DNA from: the human T2T-CHM13v2.0 reference genome, Homo sapiens
Length of the DNA: 64,000 bases
Direction: 5' to 3' (one strand)
NCBI RefSeq assembly: GCF_009914755.1
Contig: NC_060930.1
In this document: one piece after another, positions 1-14,580 of the stretch
Layout: every line of letters begins with the position of its first letter
Position numbering within the stretch: position 1 is the first letter of the stretch
The notes under the pieces: model-generated
What the model was told of the DNA's origin: nothing
Database searches by the model: none
What the model saw: only the letters and a program-made list of their open reading frames with translations
Program-made: the position numbers and the translations under genes

Positions 1-564
1 ATTTTTTTTTCAAGTCAAAAACCTTGGAATATGCTTGGCTTTTCTATTGTCTTGTCCATCAGTAAAATCTAACTTGTCTATTGCCACAATTCTAGTTCAA
101 GTCATCATTATCTTTTGCCTATACTCTCCTAATTGGTGTCCCTGGTTCTGCTTTTGTCTCTCTACAGGATACTTTATAGCAGCCCAGGTGATTTATCTAA
201 AACATAATTTTAATAATATCTGCTTTAAGTTTTCCAAGGGCTTCCTACTTCACTCTCAATAAAAATAAAAATCCTTGCCTTGACTTCCAATAAATGATCT
301 GGTCCCACGCCACCTTTCTTACCTCCTTTTCTAACAGGCTTCCCTTCCCATCCTACCTCTCAACTCCACTTCAGTAGCACTAGGCTTCTTGTTCCTTGAA
401 CAGAGAAAGCATACTTCTAATTTAGGGGCTTTATCACCTGCAGCTCCCTCCATCTGGAATGCTCTTATTTCAGATTTTTGTACGGCTTAGTTCCTCACTT
501 TTTTCAGGGTTCTGCTTGAATATCATCTTATCTTGAGGACATTCCCTTAACACTCTTTAACTCA

Positions 565-722
565 CAGGCAAAGATGGAGAATCAAACATGTGCATTTCCC
601 TTAGCACCCTCTTCAACATCCACTAAATGGCAGTTAATGATTGTATTTTAAGCCTATAAACTCACAAAGACAAAAAGAACAAAGAAGACTCTAATGACAA
701 AATTTTGGAAGGTGGAGAGAAG
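565..722 (+). mobile_element. Ancient L1M/HAL1-type 5' end fragment (copy 1)
   Basis: 'aaagatggagaatcaaacatgtgcattt...ccactaaatggcagt...tataaactcacaaagacaaaaagaac' is homologous to 1475-1700 and resembles old L1ME 5' UTR starts. Confidence 0.55.
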
Positions 723-729
723 AGATAAC

Positions 730-773
730 AAAACACACACACATACACAACACACACACACACACACACACAC
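730..773. repeat. (CA)n microsatellite, imperfect
   Basis: Directly visible. Confidence 0.95.
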
Positions 774-1059
774 CATGACTATCCATTCCTCTTACCTAGC
801 TTTATTTTTCTTAATAGCACTTCACCTAGATAAATGTAAGTAAATATAAACACAAGATATATATTGATTTTTACATTTGTTTGTTGTCGCTTCCTTTTTG
901 CTTCCAGAACATAAGCTGCATGATAGCAATCTTTTCAGTTTTGTTTTGGTGTTGCATTCTCAAGCTTTGGAATCATAGCAGAATCAAATTCAGTATAAAT
1001 TTTTGACTGAATAACTGAGGTGGACTGGATGAGTGTAGTTTGTGTGAGGTGTGGGGTTG

Positions 1060-1300
1060 TGGGAATCAAGTGTTCAATTTTGAATGTTAACTTGAGGTGT
1101 CTATTAGACATCTAAGTGATGATATCAAGTGAAATCCGCATATCTGAGGCTAAGTCATGGCTAAAATTATAAATTTTAGAGTCATCAACATTGGCTCTAA
1201 AGAAGATCACCTGGGGGGACTATGAACATGAAAAGAGAAAAAGCCAAGCTCCAAGCCTTGGAGGACAACACCATTTAGAGATCAGGCAGAGCAGAGGTCT
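1060..1300 (-). mobile_element. LINE L2 fragment
   Basis: 'ttgaggtgtctattagacatctaagtg...tttagagtcatcaacat...gatcacctgggg' matches the antisense L2 body. Confidence 0.7.
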
Positions 1301-1474
1301 TTGAACCTTATAATTATACACTACAATTTGTAAGAAGAAGAAAAACTAATTTAAACTAAGCAATGTGATATGTAGATATTTATCTATAAATAATATATAT
1401 GTATCTTTGCACAAATATATTATGTACATTACAAAATACACAGACACAGATATTAAAAAAGAATGAGCTGAACA

Positions 1475-1990
1475 ACTTCCAGTTAAAGAGGAAGTATTGA
1501 ACACATGCATTTTTCAGCTCCCTGCTAAAGGCCCACTACAATGATAGTAAATGGATTTTAAAAAATAAGGTATAAACCCACAAGGACAAAGAGAACAGCA
1601 GACAAACAATACCACCAAAATATAGGAAGCTGTAAAGAAGAAAGACAAATAACAACTGACTCACAGACTCAGGAAAGCTGAGGCTGCAGTGGAGAAAAAG
1701 CAGAGATACAACCTGATTTACAATACAGAATCAGCCATGCCCCTGCCCCCTTGCAAAGGCTCAGAAATTGTTTCTGGCACTTCTGCTAGTGGAGGTTAAT
1801 GTTGGGCAATAATAGACTTAGCTGAATGTCTGTTTGAGAAGCAGATACATCCACAGACACCCCCACCACTCTACACTACCAAGTGACTAACCTCTACCAG
1901 GCAGCAACAGCCTGGAGACTTATTTTCTGAAGAGGGTTAAGAGGGGATCTTGCTTGCAGAACAACAGGCACACGTGAATGGGAATTCCAA
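1475..1990 (+). mobile_element. Ancient L1M/HAL1-type 5' end fragment (copy 2)
   Basis: 'acttccagttaaagagg...ttgaacacatgcattt...cccactacaatgatagtaaa...ggtataaacccacaaggacaaagagaac'; 3' boundary approximate. Confidence 0.55.
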
Positions 1991-3169
1991 GTGGAAAGCA
2001 GGGAGATTAAGTCAAAGTTAATATCAGAATGCTTAAAACCAAAATATTAAGAATAATTTCTATTTGTTACTAAGGGATGTGGAGGCAAATAAAAAGAACA
2101 CTATTTTGTTGTGTAGCAATGATTGCCAATGGAATTCACCTACATAAAAAGAATTTTAAAATAATGAACTGCTATATAACATTTTCTTTATTTCTTAGAG
2201 CTATTTCAAATATTTATTTCTATTTCTTTTAAAGTGCATGGATTGTTTGAACATTATCTTGGTACATGAATGCAGGCATTTTAAAGTAATTGCATTTGTT
2301 GTATCCTGGATTAGAAGCAGGCATAAATATTGATTTCTTCTGTGCTGTGTAACTGATGAAACAGAGTCTACTTTGAGTACCATGGCATCACCAAAACTTA
2401 TTTCCATATTTCCCATTATGTATGTATATATCTATAGAAATAGTTCTTGGAGATGCAATAATAATATCTTGCTTTTGTAATTTTATACTTTTATGTTTAC
2501 ACACATTAAGTGTACCACATATTCAAGACTTCATTTATAGTAATACTGTTTTTATTCTTGGAAATCACGATGCTTATATTATTATTATTATTTGCCTGGA
2601 TATCCTTTCTCTTCTTATCTTGCTGAAAAGCTCCCATTATTTTTCAAGAACTACCTCAAATATGACTCTCTCTTTAGGGCTTCCTTGACTCCCCTCAATC
2701 GTTAGAGTGCCACTATTAGTATAATATAGTATCTTGTTTGTACTTACATTATGGTAGCCTCTGAATTATTTTATAATTATAAGTCTGCTAATTCTTTTAG
2801 CCGAAGTACCATGTCTTACTTATATTAGCACTCTGTTAACCGATCAGACGGGGTACACAGTAGTTATTTAACGAATGTTTAAATGGATGTTTGAAAATTA
2901 TTTTGTGCTCATTATCTCATTTGATTTTTCCGGATTCAATTAGTCACTAGTTCCTATTGCCCTAAATATTTATTATATCTGTCACTTCTTATCCATGCTC
3001 GTGTCTACTGCCAAAAATTCATGTTCCTGCTGTCTGTTACTGGGAATATTGGTATCTTAACCTGATTTTCATTTCTAGTCTCACTTTATTTACCCATCAG
3101 AGTGACTTAACCACAAATTTTACCATTTTCTCTCTACTTTAAAACCTTTAAGTGGGCTACATCTACTTT

Positions 3170-4845
3170 TAGAGATGATAGAGTAAAAGTGAATGTTATT
3201 TAACCTACCACTTTAAACATATTAAAACTGGTCAAAACAATATTTAGACATTCAGACAATAAGCAGTATAGGATACTGATCTCTGAGAGCAAGGAGACTA
3301 ATAGGAGAACACTTTTTAATTTTTATTTTTTTTACAGACAGGGGTTTTGCATTAGTTGCTCAGGTGAGTCTCCTGGGCTTGAGGGGTCCTCATGCCTCAG
3401 CCTCCTGGGTAGCTAGAACTACACGCATGCACCACCACACCCAGTTACTAAGTAAGCCTTTTGATTGTCTCATCTTACAGCCTGGAAAAAGTTTCTAGGT
3501 CATAGAAAGGTGAGAGAGTGCCAAAACAAAGTCTGGCGTCTTGCTCAGTTGAAGTTACAGAGCTTGGAGTTCAGAGAGAAGAAGGCACCTAGAATTTGTG
3601 AAGCAAATACTGAATTGATGAGTTTCAGAGAGAGAGAGAGAGAGAGATTGCAAGTGAGATAGAGCACCCCAGATCTTCCTAGGGTTCTCCACAAGTCTTA
3701 AGGCTGCATACTGATCTGCAAATGCATGGAAGGAATTGCCCTAGGCTGAGAAAGAATCCTCAGGAAAAAAATAGGTTAAGCAATTTTTAACTTTACCCAG
3801 GCAATTCCTCCTAATACATGGGCATCTATTAGGGTCCTCAGAAGGATAGTGCCTCAGTAATGGGGACAGTTTAACCTAAACTAAAGGTTATGCTACATCT
3901 GTTTCATAAAGCTTAAAAGCAAACCTCAAAAGGACCAAATATTAATTCCAAGCAAAAAAAAATCCACTTATTTAAATGAGTACAACAAAATCCAGCATCC
4001 AACAATGTAAAATTAATAATGTCAGCATCCAATCAATCATTTCCAAGCATGCAGAGAAGCAGAAAAATGCCACCCATAAGCAGGAGAAAAAGAAACCAAT
4101 AGATACAGATTCAGAACAAGAGAGATAGAATTAGCTGATAAGGATGTCAAAATAGGTACTACAAATATATTTCATATGTCTAAGAAGGTAGAGAAAAACA
4201 TGAACATAATGATGGGAAAAATGAAAGATATTTTAAATGAACAAACTAAACTTCTATAGATGAAAAATACATGATCTGAAATGAAAAGTAACTGAATGAG
4301 ATTAATAGCATATCACACACTGCAAAAAAAAAGATTAGTGTATTTGACACAGCAATATAAACTAACAAAATTAAACAAAAGAGAGAACCCATTGAAAAAT
4401 ATAAACATAAGGTTAGTGAGTAATTAACTATTTTAGAGAGTATAATGTGTGTAACTGGAATATCAGAATGGGAGGGGAAAATGGAAAAAATATTTTAGAA
4501 AATAATGGCCACAATTTCTCCAAGTTTGATGAAAATTATACACCACAGATCCAAGAACCTCAATGAGCCTCAAGCAACATAAATGTGTTGCAAAACACAT
4601 CAAGACACATCACAATCAAATTACTAAAAATTAATGATAAAATGAATATCTTAAATGTACCCAGAGATAAAAGACACATTATGCTCAAAGGAACAAAGAT
4701 TAAAAAACAGGAGCAGACTTTTTTGAATCAAAAACCTTGCGGGCCAGAAGATAACAGAGAAACCTCATTAAAGAACAAAGAAAACAAAAATGTTTAACCT
4801 AGATTTCTATATCCAGAAAAGTATCTTTCAGTAATGAAGACAAAG
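3170..4845 (+). mobile_element. Ancient L1M 5' UTR plus partial ORF1, truncated in ORF1
   Basis: ORF1 remnant 4585-4797 'TSRHITIKLLKINDKMNIL...KRHIMLKGTKI' and 'aacctagatttctatatccagaaaagtatctttc' (ORF1 C-terminal region). Confidence 0.7.
3313..3446 (-). mobile_element. Alu monomer (FLAM/FAM-like)
   Basis: Poly-T followed by a single ~120-bp Alu arm, 'gcctcagcctcctgggtagctagaactaca...ccaccacacccag'. Confidence 0.8.
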
Positions 4846-7533
4846 TTCTTCATTCTGTTAAAGTGTAGCAAGCTGGTGGTGAGGGTTGGGAGAGGTGGGG
4901 GTGTGTGAAATGATGCTTTCACATAACAATGAAAGTTTGTAGCAGTGAGTTACAAACCCATAAATTTTCTTGAACTCATTAGAGAGCTAAGATTATAGGA
5001 CAATCAAGAGGCCTGAAATCCAAAAACAGACCAGCCCCTCCAAGGAGCACAAGAATGTACAAAATGGTTCATCTGTGGCATGAAGAAAAAAAGCATAGGG
5101 AAAAAGATGATATGCAACAGCTAAAACTTTAAGAGATTTGTAGAAAAGCTGAGTGTGGGCTAGCATGAGAGTATAGATCCCTGGGAGTTACAAACACAAA
5201 GGGAGTTTGCACCTACTTGCAAACTCTTTTCCATTGGTTTCACTCAGGTGCTTAAAAGAAAGATTGGGGCAGGACAAGAGACCAGAAAGAACTTCCTTCA
5301 GTGGTTCATGTTCACTGAAGCAGATTGGGCACTAATGTGGAAATGACAAGAAGCGTTTCTGAACCCTCATGAAATAATAGCCTGAAGGCACAGAGGTAGA
5401 AGCAGCAAACGTTGGTACTCAAGAACACGGATAAAGTATCATTGTGGCTGGTGGATGGGTTAAAAAGAAAAAATAACCTTACTCATTAAAGAGGGGCAGA
5501 AAACAATTCTAGACAACGAGTTTCTATCAAAACTATTCGAGGTCTCTTATTGCTGGGAAAGACTCAGAAAACTCCCTGAACAAGACTCATGAAGTATGCA
5601 AGGCAGAGTTTGGCTGACATGGGAGGAGGGACAAGAACATGAGAATGCCCTACCCCAAAGACACAGTCACATGGGGTATGAGTAAGACTAAGCTGGACAA
5701 GGACAACAGAAAAACTTCCTGCCTCCTCCCCAGATAGCAAGCACTGAACAGGCTACCAGTAGAAAAGAGTCAAGATTGTGGAGAAAGATCTCCAATGTGG
5801 CATAGTTGCACAGGAAGACTTAAAGCTGAGGGTAGATCAAGAACATTGGGAAAAAAAGAAAAACCATTCAGCAAAGCATCTTCAACTCTAACCACAAGGT
5901 AAGACTAGAGGAAATTGAAACTGGTGGAGAACTGTAATTATAACAACAAGAAAACCAAAATCCACTTAAATTTCTGGCTAGACTGACTCAACCCCAACAC
6001 TGATAGTCTAGCAGAAGGAAAAAAAATGCTTATTTCTATGCATGAATAGCATTTATTTCAATTTTGACTGTTCTATATACAATGCCTAGTATTCAATAAA
6101 AATTACCAGACATAAAAAGATAAGAAAAAGCAACACATTGTGAAAAGACAAAGCAATTTATAGACTCAGACTCAGAGATATCCTAGAGGTTGGAAATCAG
6201 ACAGGGAATTTAAAATAACTATATTAAAATGTTAAAGATTTTATTTGTAAAGCTGATCAACATACATGATCACATGGAGAATTTTAGCAGAAGATAGAAA
6301 CCGTAAAAATATACTAATAAAATACTAGAAATAAAAAAACAAAGCAACACAACTAAAGAATGCCTTCAATGCAGTCCTCAGTCGACTTGATACAGGAAAT
6401 AATCTGTGAACTTGAAAATAGCTGAATAAAACTCATTTAAACTAAAACACAAAGGGATAAAAAAGGGTGGAAAGAACCATAACAAAGCATCCAAGAGCTC
6501 TCATCTAATGTAAAAGTGGTCTGATGTACATGCAATTGGAATTGAAGAAAGAGAAGAGATGCAATGAGACCAAATAAATTCTTGAAGAGATAGTGGTCCA
6601 AATTAATTAAAGAAGACAAATATTGATTCAAAAAGCCTAGAGTATTTTTTTGCTCAAGAGTATAAAAAAAACCTCTGCACACATCATATTCAAAATGCAT
6701 AAAACCAAAAATAAAGAAACAATTTTGAATGCATCAAGAGAAAATACACACATCACATATAAAGGAATAGTGATAATAATTAAAGCCAACCTTACATCAG
6801 AAACTATACAAGCCAGGAGACAATGGAGTGACATCTTTAAAGTACTGAAAGATAAAACTGTCAACCTGGATTTTTATATCTGGAAAAAAAGTATCTTTCA
6901 AAAGTAGAGGTAAAATAACATTTGTTTGTTTGTTTTTCCTGAAAAACAAAAGCTGAATGAAAGCAGTATGAGCACACTTGTGCTACTAAAAAAATGTAAA
7001 AGGAGGTTCTTCATGCAGAAAGAAAATGATACATGGAGAAACCTTGATTTATACAAAGAAATGAGGAGCTCCAGAAGTACTTAAGATGAAAGTAAATATA
7101 AAAGGCATTTCCCTTATTTTAGGAAACAGCTGACTAATGCAAAAATAGAAGCAATGTGTTGTGGATTGTGGCACATATAAAGGCATATACAATGTGTGAA
7201 AAAATAACATAAATGAAGCGAAAAAGAGAATATTTTGCTGTGAAAGATACTTATACTATATCAAAAGTAGTATAACATTATTTAAAGGTAGCCTGTGGTA
7301 AATTTAAAATGTAAGTTGTAAACCTTAGGAATTTTAAACGTTTTTAAAGTGTATAAATAATAAGCCAGTAGTGAAGAAAAATAAAGTCGTAAATTATTTC
7401 AAAAGCAGGCAGAGAAAGAGAAGAAAGGGGAAAAATAATAAATAGAACAAATAGAAAACAACCAGCAAGATGACAGATTTTAAATAAATCATATCAACAA
7501 TCAACCATTAAATTGAACTAAAGTAGACTAAGC

Positions 7534-7913
7534 TTGTGCTGTTCTATAGAAATATAATGTGAGCAAGGTAAGTAATTTTAAATTTTCTAGTAGCCACATT
7601 AAAGATAGAAACAGATTAATTGTATAATATATTTTGCTTAATAGAATGTATACAAATCATTATATGTAACTATACAAATTATATTAGCTATTGTATTAAT
7701 TATATATAATTATATACATATTATATTAACATATTGCATATATTAACATATCAACAAAGATCAATGAGAGATTCTACATTCTGTTTTATACAAAATCATT
7801 AAAATTCCATGTGTATTTTATACTTACAATGCATCTCAATTCAGACCAGTCATACATATTTTAAGCTCTTCAGAGTCACGTGTGGTTAGAGGCTACCTTA
7901 CTGGACAGTACTG
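7534..7913. mobile_element. MER33-like hAT-Charlie MITE
   Basis: Ends 'gtgctgttctatagaaatataatg' and 'ggctaccttactggacagtactg'; internal 'aattttctagtagccacattaaa'. Confidence 0.8.
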
Positions 7914-9216
7914 TTCTAACCACGCAAGCTGAGTGACAGAAATTTATTAGATGTAAAAGCAATAACAGACTAAATGCTGTTTACAAGAAATCCACTGTAA
8001 ATATAAAGACATAGGTAGGCTGAAAGTAAAAGTATAAAATAAAATTAAAATTATGGAAAACATAAAATATGAAATTCTAATTAAAAGAATACTGAATTCG
8101 GTACATCGAAGTCAGACTTCAAAATGAGAAAAAGAAACGTTACATAATGGTAAAGGGCCAGTTTATTGCAAAGACATAACATAATGTGTGTCTACCTAAT
8201 AACAGGTCTTCAAATGCATAAAACATAAAGTGGTAGAACTGAAAAGAGAAACAGACAAAACCAAAATTGTATTTAGATACTTCAACACTCTTTTCTTGGT
8301 AGTTGACAGAAAAATCAGAGAGTGATTCAGTAAGAACACGGAAGACCTGAACAGCACTTCACCTAATTGCTATTTATAGAGCACTGCACCTCGAAACAGC
8401 AGAACATGCATTCTTCTTCAGTGCACATGGAATAGTCCCCCAAGATAGACCATATGTTAGGCCATAAAACCAACCTCAGGAAATTTAAAATAACTGAAGT
8501 CATGAAAAATATGTTCTCTAACCACAATAGAATTGAGCTAAATACTAAGATACCCGGAAAAATCCTCAAATACCAGGAATTTAACACACATATAAATAAA
8601 ATATGGGTCAAAAAATAAATCACGGGGAAAGTTAGTAAATATTTTAAACTGAATAAAATGAACACACATATATAAACATTTCTGTGACAAAGTATGATTT
8701 AGAAGGAAGTTTATAGTAGTAAATGTTCCTATTAGAAATGAATAAAGTTCTTAAATCAATAAGCTTTCACTTTAAGAAACTAGCAAAAGAAGAGCAAATT
8801 AAACCTAAAGCAAGCAGTAGAAAGAAAATAATAGAGCTAAGAGCATAAATTAATGAAATGGAAAACAAAAATGTTTTAAAATCAATGAAACCAAAGCTGA
8901 TTCCTTGAGAAAATGAATAAAGTTAGATAACCTCTAGACAAGCTGATCAAGAAGAGAGAAAATACAAACTAATAATATCAGGAATATAAAAATAGGCATC
9001 ACTAAGATGATACCTATATTAATAGTATAATAGGGACATATGAATATCTTTATACCTACCACTTAGGAACTTAGATGAAATGGACAAATTTCTTGAAAGA
9101 TACAAAATATCAAAGCATACTCAAGAAGCAACTTACTTAAATAACTGGAATAGCCAGTGTTTATTAAAGGAAATGAATTTATAGTTTAAAAAGCTGCACA
9201 CAAAGATAACTCCAGT

Positions 9217-9512
<296 letters not shown>

Positions 9513-11656
9513 TGAAGGAAGACTCCACAAAATGACTTTATTGGCAAATTACGTCAGACATTTAAAGATGAAATAATACAGACTCTATCCAAATTTGTCC
9601 AGAAAATAAGAGAGAAGGGAACACTCCCCTACTCATTTTATAAGACTAGTATTAACCTGGTAACAAATCATTACAAAGACATTACAAAGGACAAAATTCC
9701 TACAGACTAATATCTCTCAAGGATATAGGTGCAAAAATCTTCACAATATCAGTAAATTGCATATAGCAATACATATATTTTAAAAAGATAATGCATCAAG
9801 ACTAAGAGAAATTTGTCTTAGGAATGCAAAGTTGGTTCAACATTTTAAAAAGTCAATTAATGTAATTTACCATATTAAGAAACAATATAGAAAAAAATAT
9901 TTGACATTCTCAATAGATGAAGAAAAAAATCATTTGGTAAAATTAAATACCCAGCCATTAGAAAAATTCCCAGCAAAATGAGACTAAAGAAAATGTCCTG
10001 AATCTGATAAAAGGTAACTAAAAAAACCTACAACAAACATAATACTTCATGGTGAAAGATTGCATGCTTTTTCCTTAAGATTGAGAAGAAAAGGATATCC
10101 ACTCTTACCACTCCTATTATCATATCAAAAGTTTTAATAAATGCAACAAAGCAATAAATATGTCATAGAGATTGCAAAGAAAAATGTTATTTGTAGATTA
10201 CATGATCATGTATATAATAAACTCAGTGAACTCTGTAAGTTATAAGAACTAATAAATGAATTTAACAAGGTTGCAGGTTAAAAGGTCAACATAAAAACGT
10301 ATTTAATTTCTATATGTTAGCAATGAAAAATTGAAAATTAAAAAAATTTAAAACACCAATTCAGTAGCCACAATGTATAAAATACTTAAGGATAAATTCA
10401 ACAAAATATGTTTACAACCTGTATATGGAAAACTATAAGACATTGCTGAAAGAAAATAAATAAAACCGATATAATTAAAGAGATATAACATGCTTACAGA
10501 TTAGATATTATTGAGCTGTATATTTTCCTCAAATCAATCTACAGATTTAATATAATTACAATTAAAATCTAGCAAATTTCTTTTTGTAGAAATTGATAAA
10601 TTATTCTAAAATTTATTTGGAAATGCAAGGCATGTGAAATAGCCAAAACAATTTTGAAAAATAACAACAATGTAGAAAGGCTTATAATTCTTGATTTCAA
10701 AATAATCAATAGTGGTATTGGTGTAGCAATTAATGGAACACAGCAAAAATTGAAGAAATGGACTTAAAAATATGTGATCAATTAATTTTCAACAAAGTGG
10801 TCAAGATAACTCAATGGGGGAAATGATAATCATTAAACAAATGGTACTAAAATAATAACATTTTATATGGAAATTAATTTTGATCATTTTCTCAAATCAT
10901 ATACAAAAATTAATTAAAAATTGAGTATAGATGTACATGTAAGAGCTAAAACTATAAAACTTCTAGATGAAGACACAGGACAAATTTTTAATGAACTTGG
11001 ATTTATCAAAGATTTCTTAACTAGGATATGAAGAACACAAACTATAAAAGAAAAAAGATAAATTGAACTTCATTGTAATTTAAAACTTTGCTCTTCAAAA
11101 GTCATTGACAAGTAAATAAAAAGTCAAGCACTAAACTGAGAGAAAATATTTGCAAAACACATTATGTCATAAAGGACTTATATCCAGAATATATAAAGTT
11201 CTTGCATTACTCAGTAATAAGAAGACAAAAATTGTTTTAAAACATGAGCAAAATATGTAAACACAGGCTTCACCAAAAAGAGGTACAAATGCCAAATAAG
11301 TATATGTAAAAATATTCTGCATCATTAGTCATTAGGGAAATGCAAATTCAAACCACAGTGAGGCACAACTACACACCTGCTATAATGGGTCAAATTAAAG
11401 ACTGGCAAGTACTGATGAAAATGTTGAGCGACTGGAACTCTCATACATTTCTGGACAGAATATGAAATGGCATAGCCACTTTGGAAAACAATTTGCAGTT
11501 TCTTATAATAGTAAACATACACTTTCCATATGACTTAACAGTTTCACTCCTAGGATTTGCCCAAAAGAAATGAACACACACTTCCATGAAGAGTTGTACA
11601 GCAAAGCTTATAGAAGCTTCATTCATAGTAGTCTCAAGCTGAAAACAATTGAAATA

Positions 11657-12918
11657 TGAGGGGTCTTCAAAGCTCATGGAAAATGTATATCATAAAAAAA
11701 ACCCAGTGCGTGGATTTCAAAAAAATTTTTGCACCAAAATAAACTCATACTAACCTGCTATTACATGTCTTAACAAGATCTAGTTTGCAGCAATAAGAAG
11801 GATAAGACATTGGTTTTAAAAGAGCTCTTATCAAAGCAACATAAATGCTGCTAATATTGAAACAAGAACAAAGATTTAATTTCTGATGAAGAATGGTGAA
11901 ATCATTGGTGCTTTATACAAAGTTTATGGAGATAATGCTCCAAATAAATCAGCAGATTACAAATGGATAACTTGTTGTAAGGAGAGATGAGATGATGTTG
12001 AAGATGAAATCTGCAGAGGCAGATCATCTGCATGTATTTGTAAGAAAAACTCATCCTGTTCATGCCCTAATTGAAGACGACCAATGATTAAAAACATAAT
12101 AGCCAATACCATAGACATCTCAATTGGATTAGTGTATATGATTCTGACTGAAAAATTAAAGCTGAGTAAACTTTTAACTCAGTGGGTGCCAAACTGGTTG
12201 CACACAAATTAACTACAGACAAGAGCAGGTCTTTCAATGGAAATTTTAAATAATGGATCAAGATCCTGAAGCATTTTTTCAAAGAATTGTAACAGGAGAT
12301 GAAACATGACTTTACCAGTACTACCCTGAAGACAAAGCACAATCAAAGCAATGGCTACCAAGTGGTGGAAGTGGTCCAGTTGAAGCAAAAGTGGGCCAGT
12401 CAAGGACAAAGGTGATGGTGACAGTTTTTGGGATACTCAAAGCATTTTGCTTGGTGAGTTTCTGGAAGGCCAACATCTGCTTATTATGAGAGTGTTTTGG
12501 GAAATTTAGCCAACATTTTAGCAGAAAAACACCCCAGAAAATTTAACCTTTTCCACCATGACTATGTTCCTGCTCATTCCTCTCATCAAATAAAGGCAAT
12601 TTTGCAAGAGTTTTGATGGGAAATCATTAGACATCCAACTTACAGTCCTGATTTGGCTCCTTCTGATTTCTTTTTGTTTCCAAATCTTAAAGAATATTTA
12701 CATGGCACCCATTTTTCTTCAGCTAATAATGTAAAGAAGACTGCATTGGCATGGTTAAATTTCCAGGACCCTCAGTTCTTTAGGGATGAACTAAATAACT
12801 GGTATCATCACTTATAAAAGTGTCTAAGTTTACTTGATTGAACTTATGTTTATAATGTTTACATTTTTTATTTTTGTCTTTTAATTCCATTTTCTATGAA
12901 CTTTTTGAAGCTCCCTTA
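11657..12918 (+). mobile_element. HSMAR2 mariner DNA transposon, full length, transposase pseudogenised
   Basis: TIRs 'tgaggggtcttcaaagctcatggaaaat' and 'attttctatgaactttttgaagctccctta'; TA TSD at 11655-56 and 12919-20; codons for WVP (12183), TGDET (12292) and YSPDLAPSDF (~12640); L1 sequence rejoins across the insertion. Confidence 0.95.
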
Positions 12919-13599
12919 TACCATCAACTTGAGAATGAATGAACAGTTTGTGGCATATCCATATTATGAATGACTACTCAACAATAAAGGGGAAAAACTA
13001 CTTATACTCGCATTGATGATTCTATAAATTATTATGGTTTGTGAAAGAAGTCACATACAAAAGACTACATATTCTATTATTCCACTATATGAAATTCTAG
13101 AAAAAGCCACACTATAGTGTCAGAAACCCAATCACTGTTTTCCAGAGGGTGGAGAGAAAAAATTAACTGCAAAGGGAGTATACAGTAACTTTTCATGGTG
13201 ATGGGAAGTTCCATGCCATGAATGTGATTGTGGTTACACTCTATGCCCAATTGTCCAAATTCAGTGAAGTATGCACTTAAGCTTGATGAATTTTATTTAT
13301 GTAAATTATACTATAATAAAACTCACAAAAATGTTTAACAGAGAGAAAACAAACAGTGGGAGAAAAAATCCTTTCAGTACCACTACATTTCTCATAGTAA
13401 AGTTGGCTAAGTCATATCAGTCATATGTGTGTGGGCAAGAGGAGGGTTGTCCCAAGGCAATGGGTGTTGAACAGAGGAAATAGGGGACTTTCTGAAATGT
13501 CCATAGAGGAGCGACAAAAGGAGTAACCTGGTTCAGGGAGTAGAGGAAGGGTAACTAAGGAACAGCTGAGGGTGTGGGGCCATTTCGAACAAAACTCTT

Positions 13600-14580
13600 T
13601 CATTATTTACATGGTCCTTCATGATCTGGGCCTTGCCTGTGTCTCCAACTCACTTGCCTACCCTCTCTCTCAGTCTGTTTTTACTCTGACTTCTTGTTTA
13701 GCTCTTTCTTAAGTTTCTTTGTGCACTCCTCATAGCTCTATGCTGGGCCCTGCTTTTTTTTTTTTTTTTTTTTTCCACTTACACCCTTTGTTCTCTTTAG
13801 GTCAATTATCCACTTCCATGCTTTCAATCATTATACCAATAATGACAAAACTAGGAAAAGCCTCAGAGATTATTTCTTTTCTACATAATGTCAAAGTGTA
13901 TTCTTAGGCAATGAGACTAGCTACTTGAATTGGGTTTGTGAATGGAGACAGGAAAAGAAAGCCTTTATGAAGTTAGGAAAAAGTAGGCAAACTTGAGAGA
14001 GAGGAGCAACATTCGGTACTTCAAACTTATTATTCTTCTAGACTTAGTAACACTTCTTTGAAGCACGTAACACACTTGAAATCATTTCTTTAATATCTGT
14101 CTTCTGGGCTTACCTGTAATATTTTTGTGGGTCTGTCTTCTTTACATCTGAAATCTCCAAAACCAAGCAAGATGCTTGGCACTTAGTAGTTATTTGATAA
14201 ATACTTGTTGCCTAACTAACTACTCTACTAATTACATCCAAGCCAAGCAATGTGCAATAAATTATTTCATGTCCCTAGTCTTTTACTGTTTTCTTTCCTT
14301 GGAATGCTCAACCCTCCTGATTTCTTCTTACCTACTCTCCAACCCAACTCCAAAAGGAAAATTCCTACTTAAATGTCTCCTTTAGAAAACTTCCTGACTT
14401 ACCTAAAGCAGAGATTTGTGCCAACACCATCCTTCTGTATCCTTCCCTTCTAGCTAGTTCTTCCTTGAAATGTTTCCATGTCTGTTTTTTCTTCTTAGTT
14501 AATTCTGATTCTTCCACACTTGCCATAATAGTTGGCACACAGCAGAACTTTGATCAATATTTGTTAAATGAATGATTTAT
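13600..14580 (+). mobile_element. Several degraded L2 3' fragments
   Basis: L2 tails 'cttggcacttagtagttatttgataaatacttgttg' (~14176-14210) and 'tggcacacagcag...caatatttgttaaatgaatga' (~14533-14575). Confidence 0.6.

Larger units (their letters stand above)
1..1017 (+). mobile_element. LINE L2 (L2a-like) 3' portion, interrupted at ~565-772
   Basis: Typical L2 3' phrases: 'ctcctaattggtgtccctgg', 'agcagcccaggtgatttatctaaaacataa', 'ccagaacataagctgcatga' and a terminal 'ataaatttttgactgaata' resembling the L2 tail. Confidence 0.75.

Noticed and set aside
7655-7755. AT-rich quasi-palindromic tract (similar tracts at 37300-37460 and 51145-51225)
   Set aside because: Low-complexity slippage sequence with no defined unit or spacer structure
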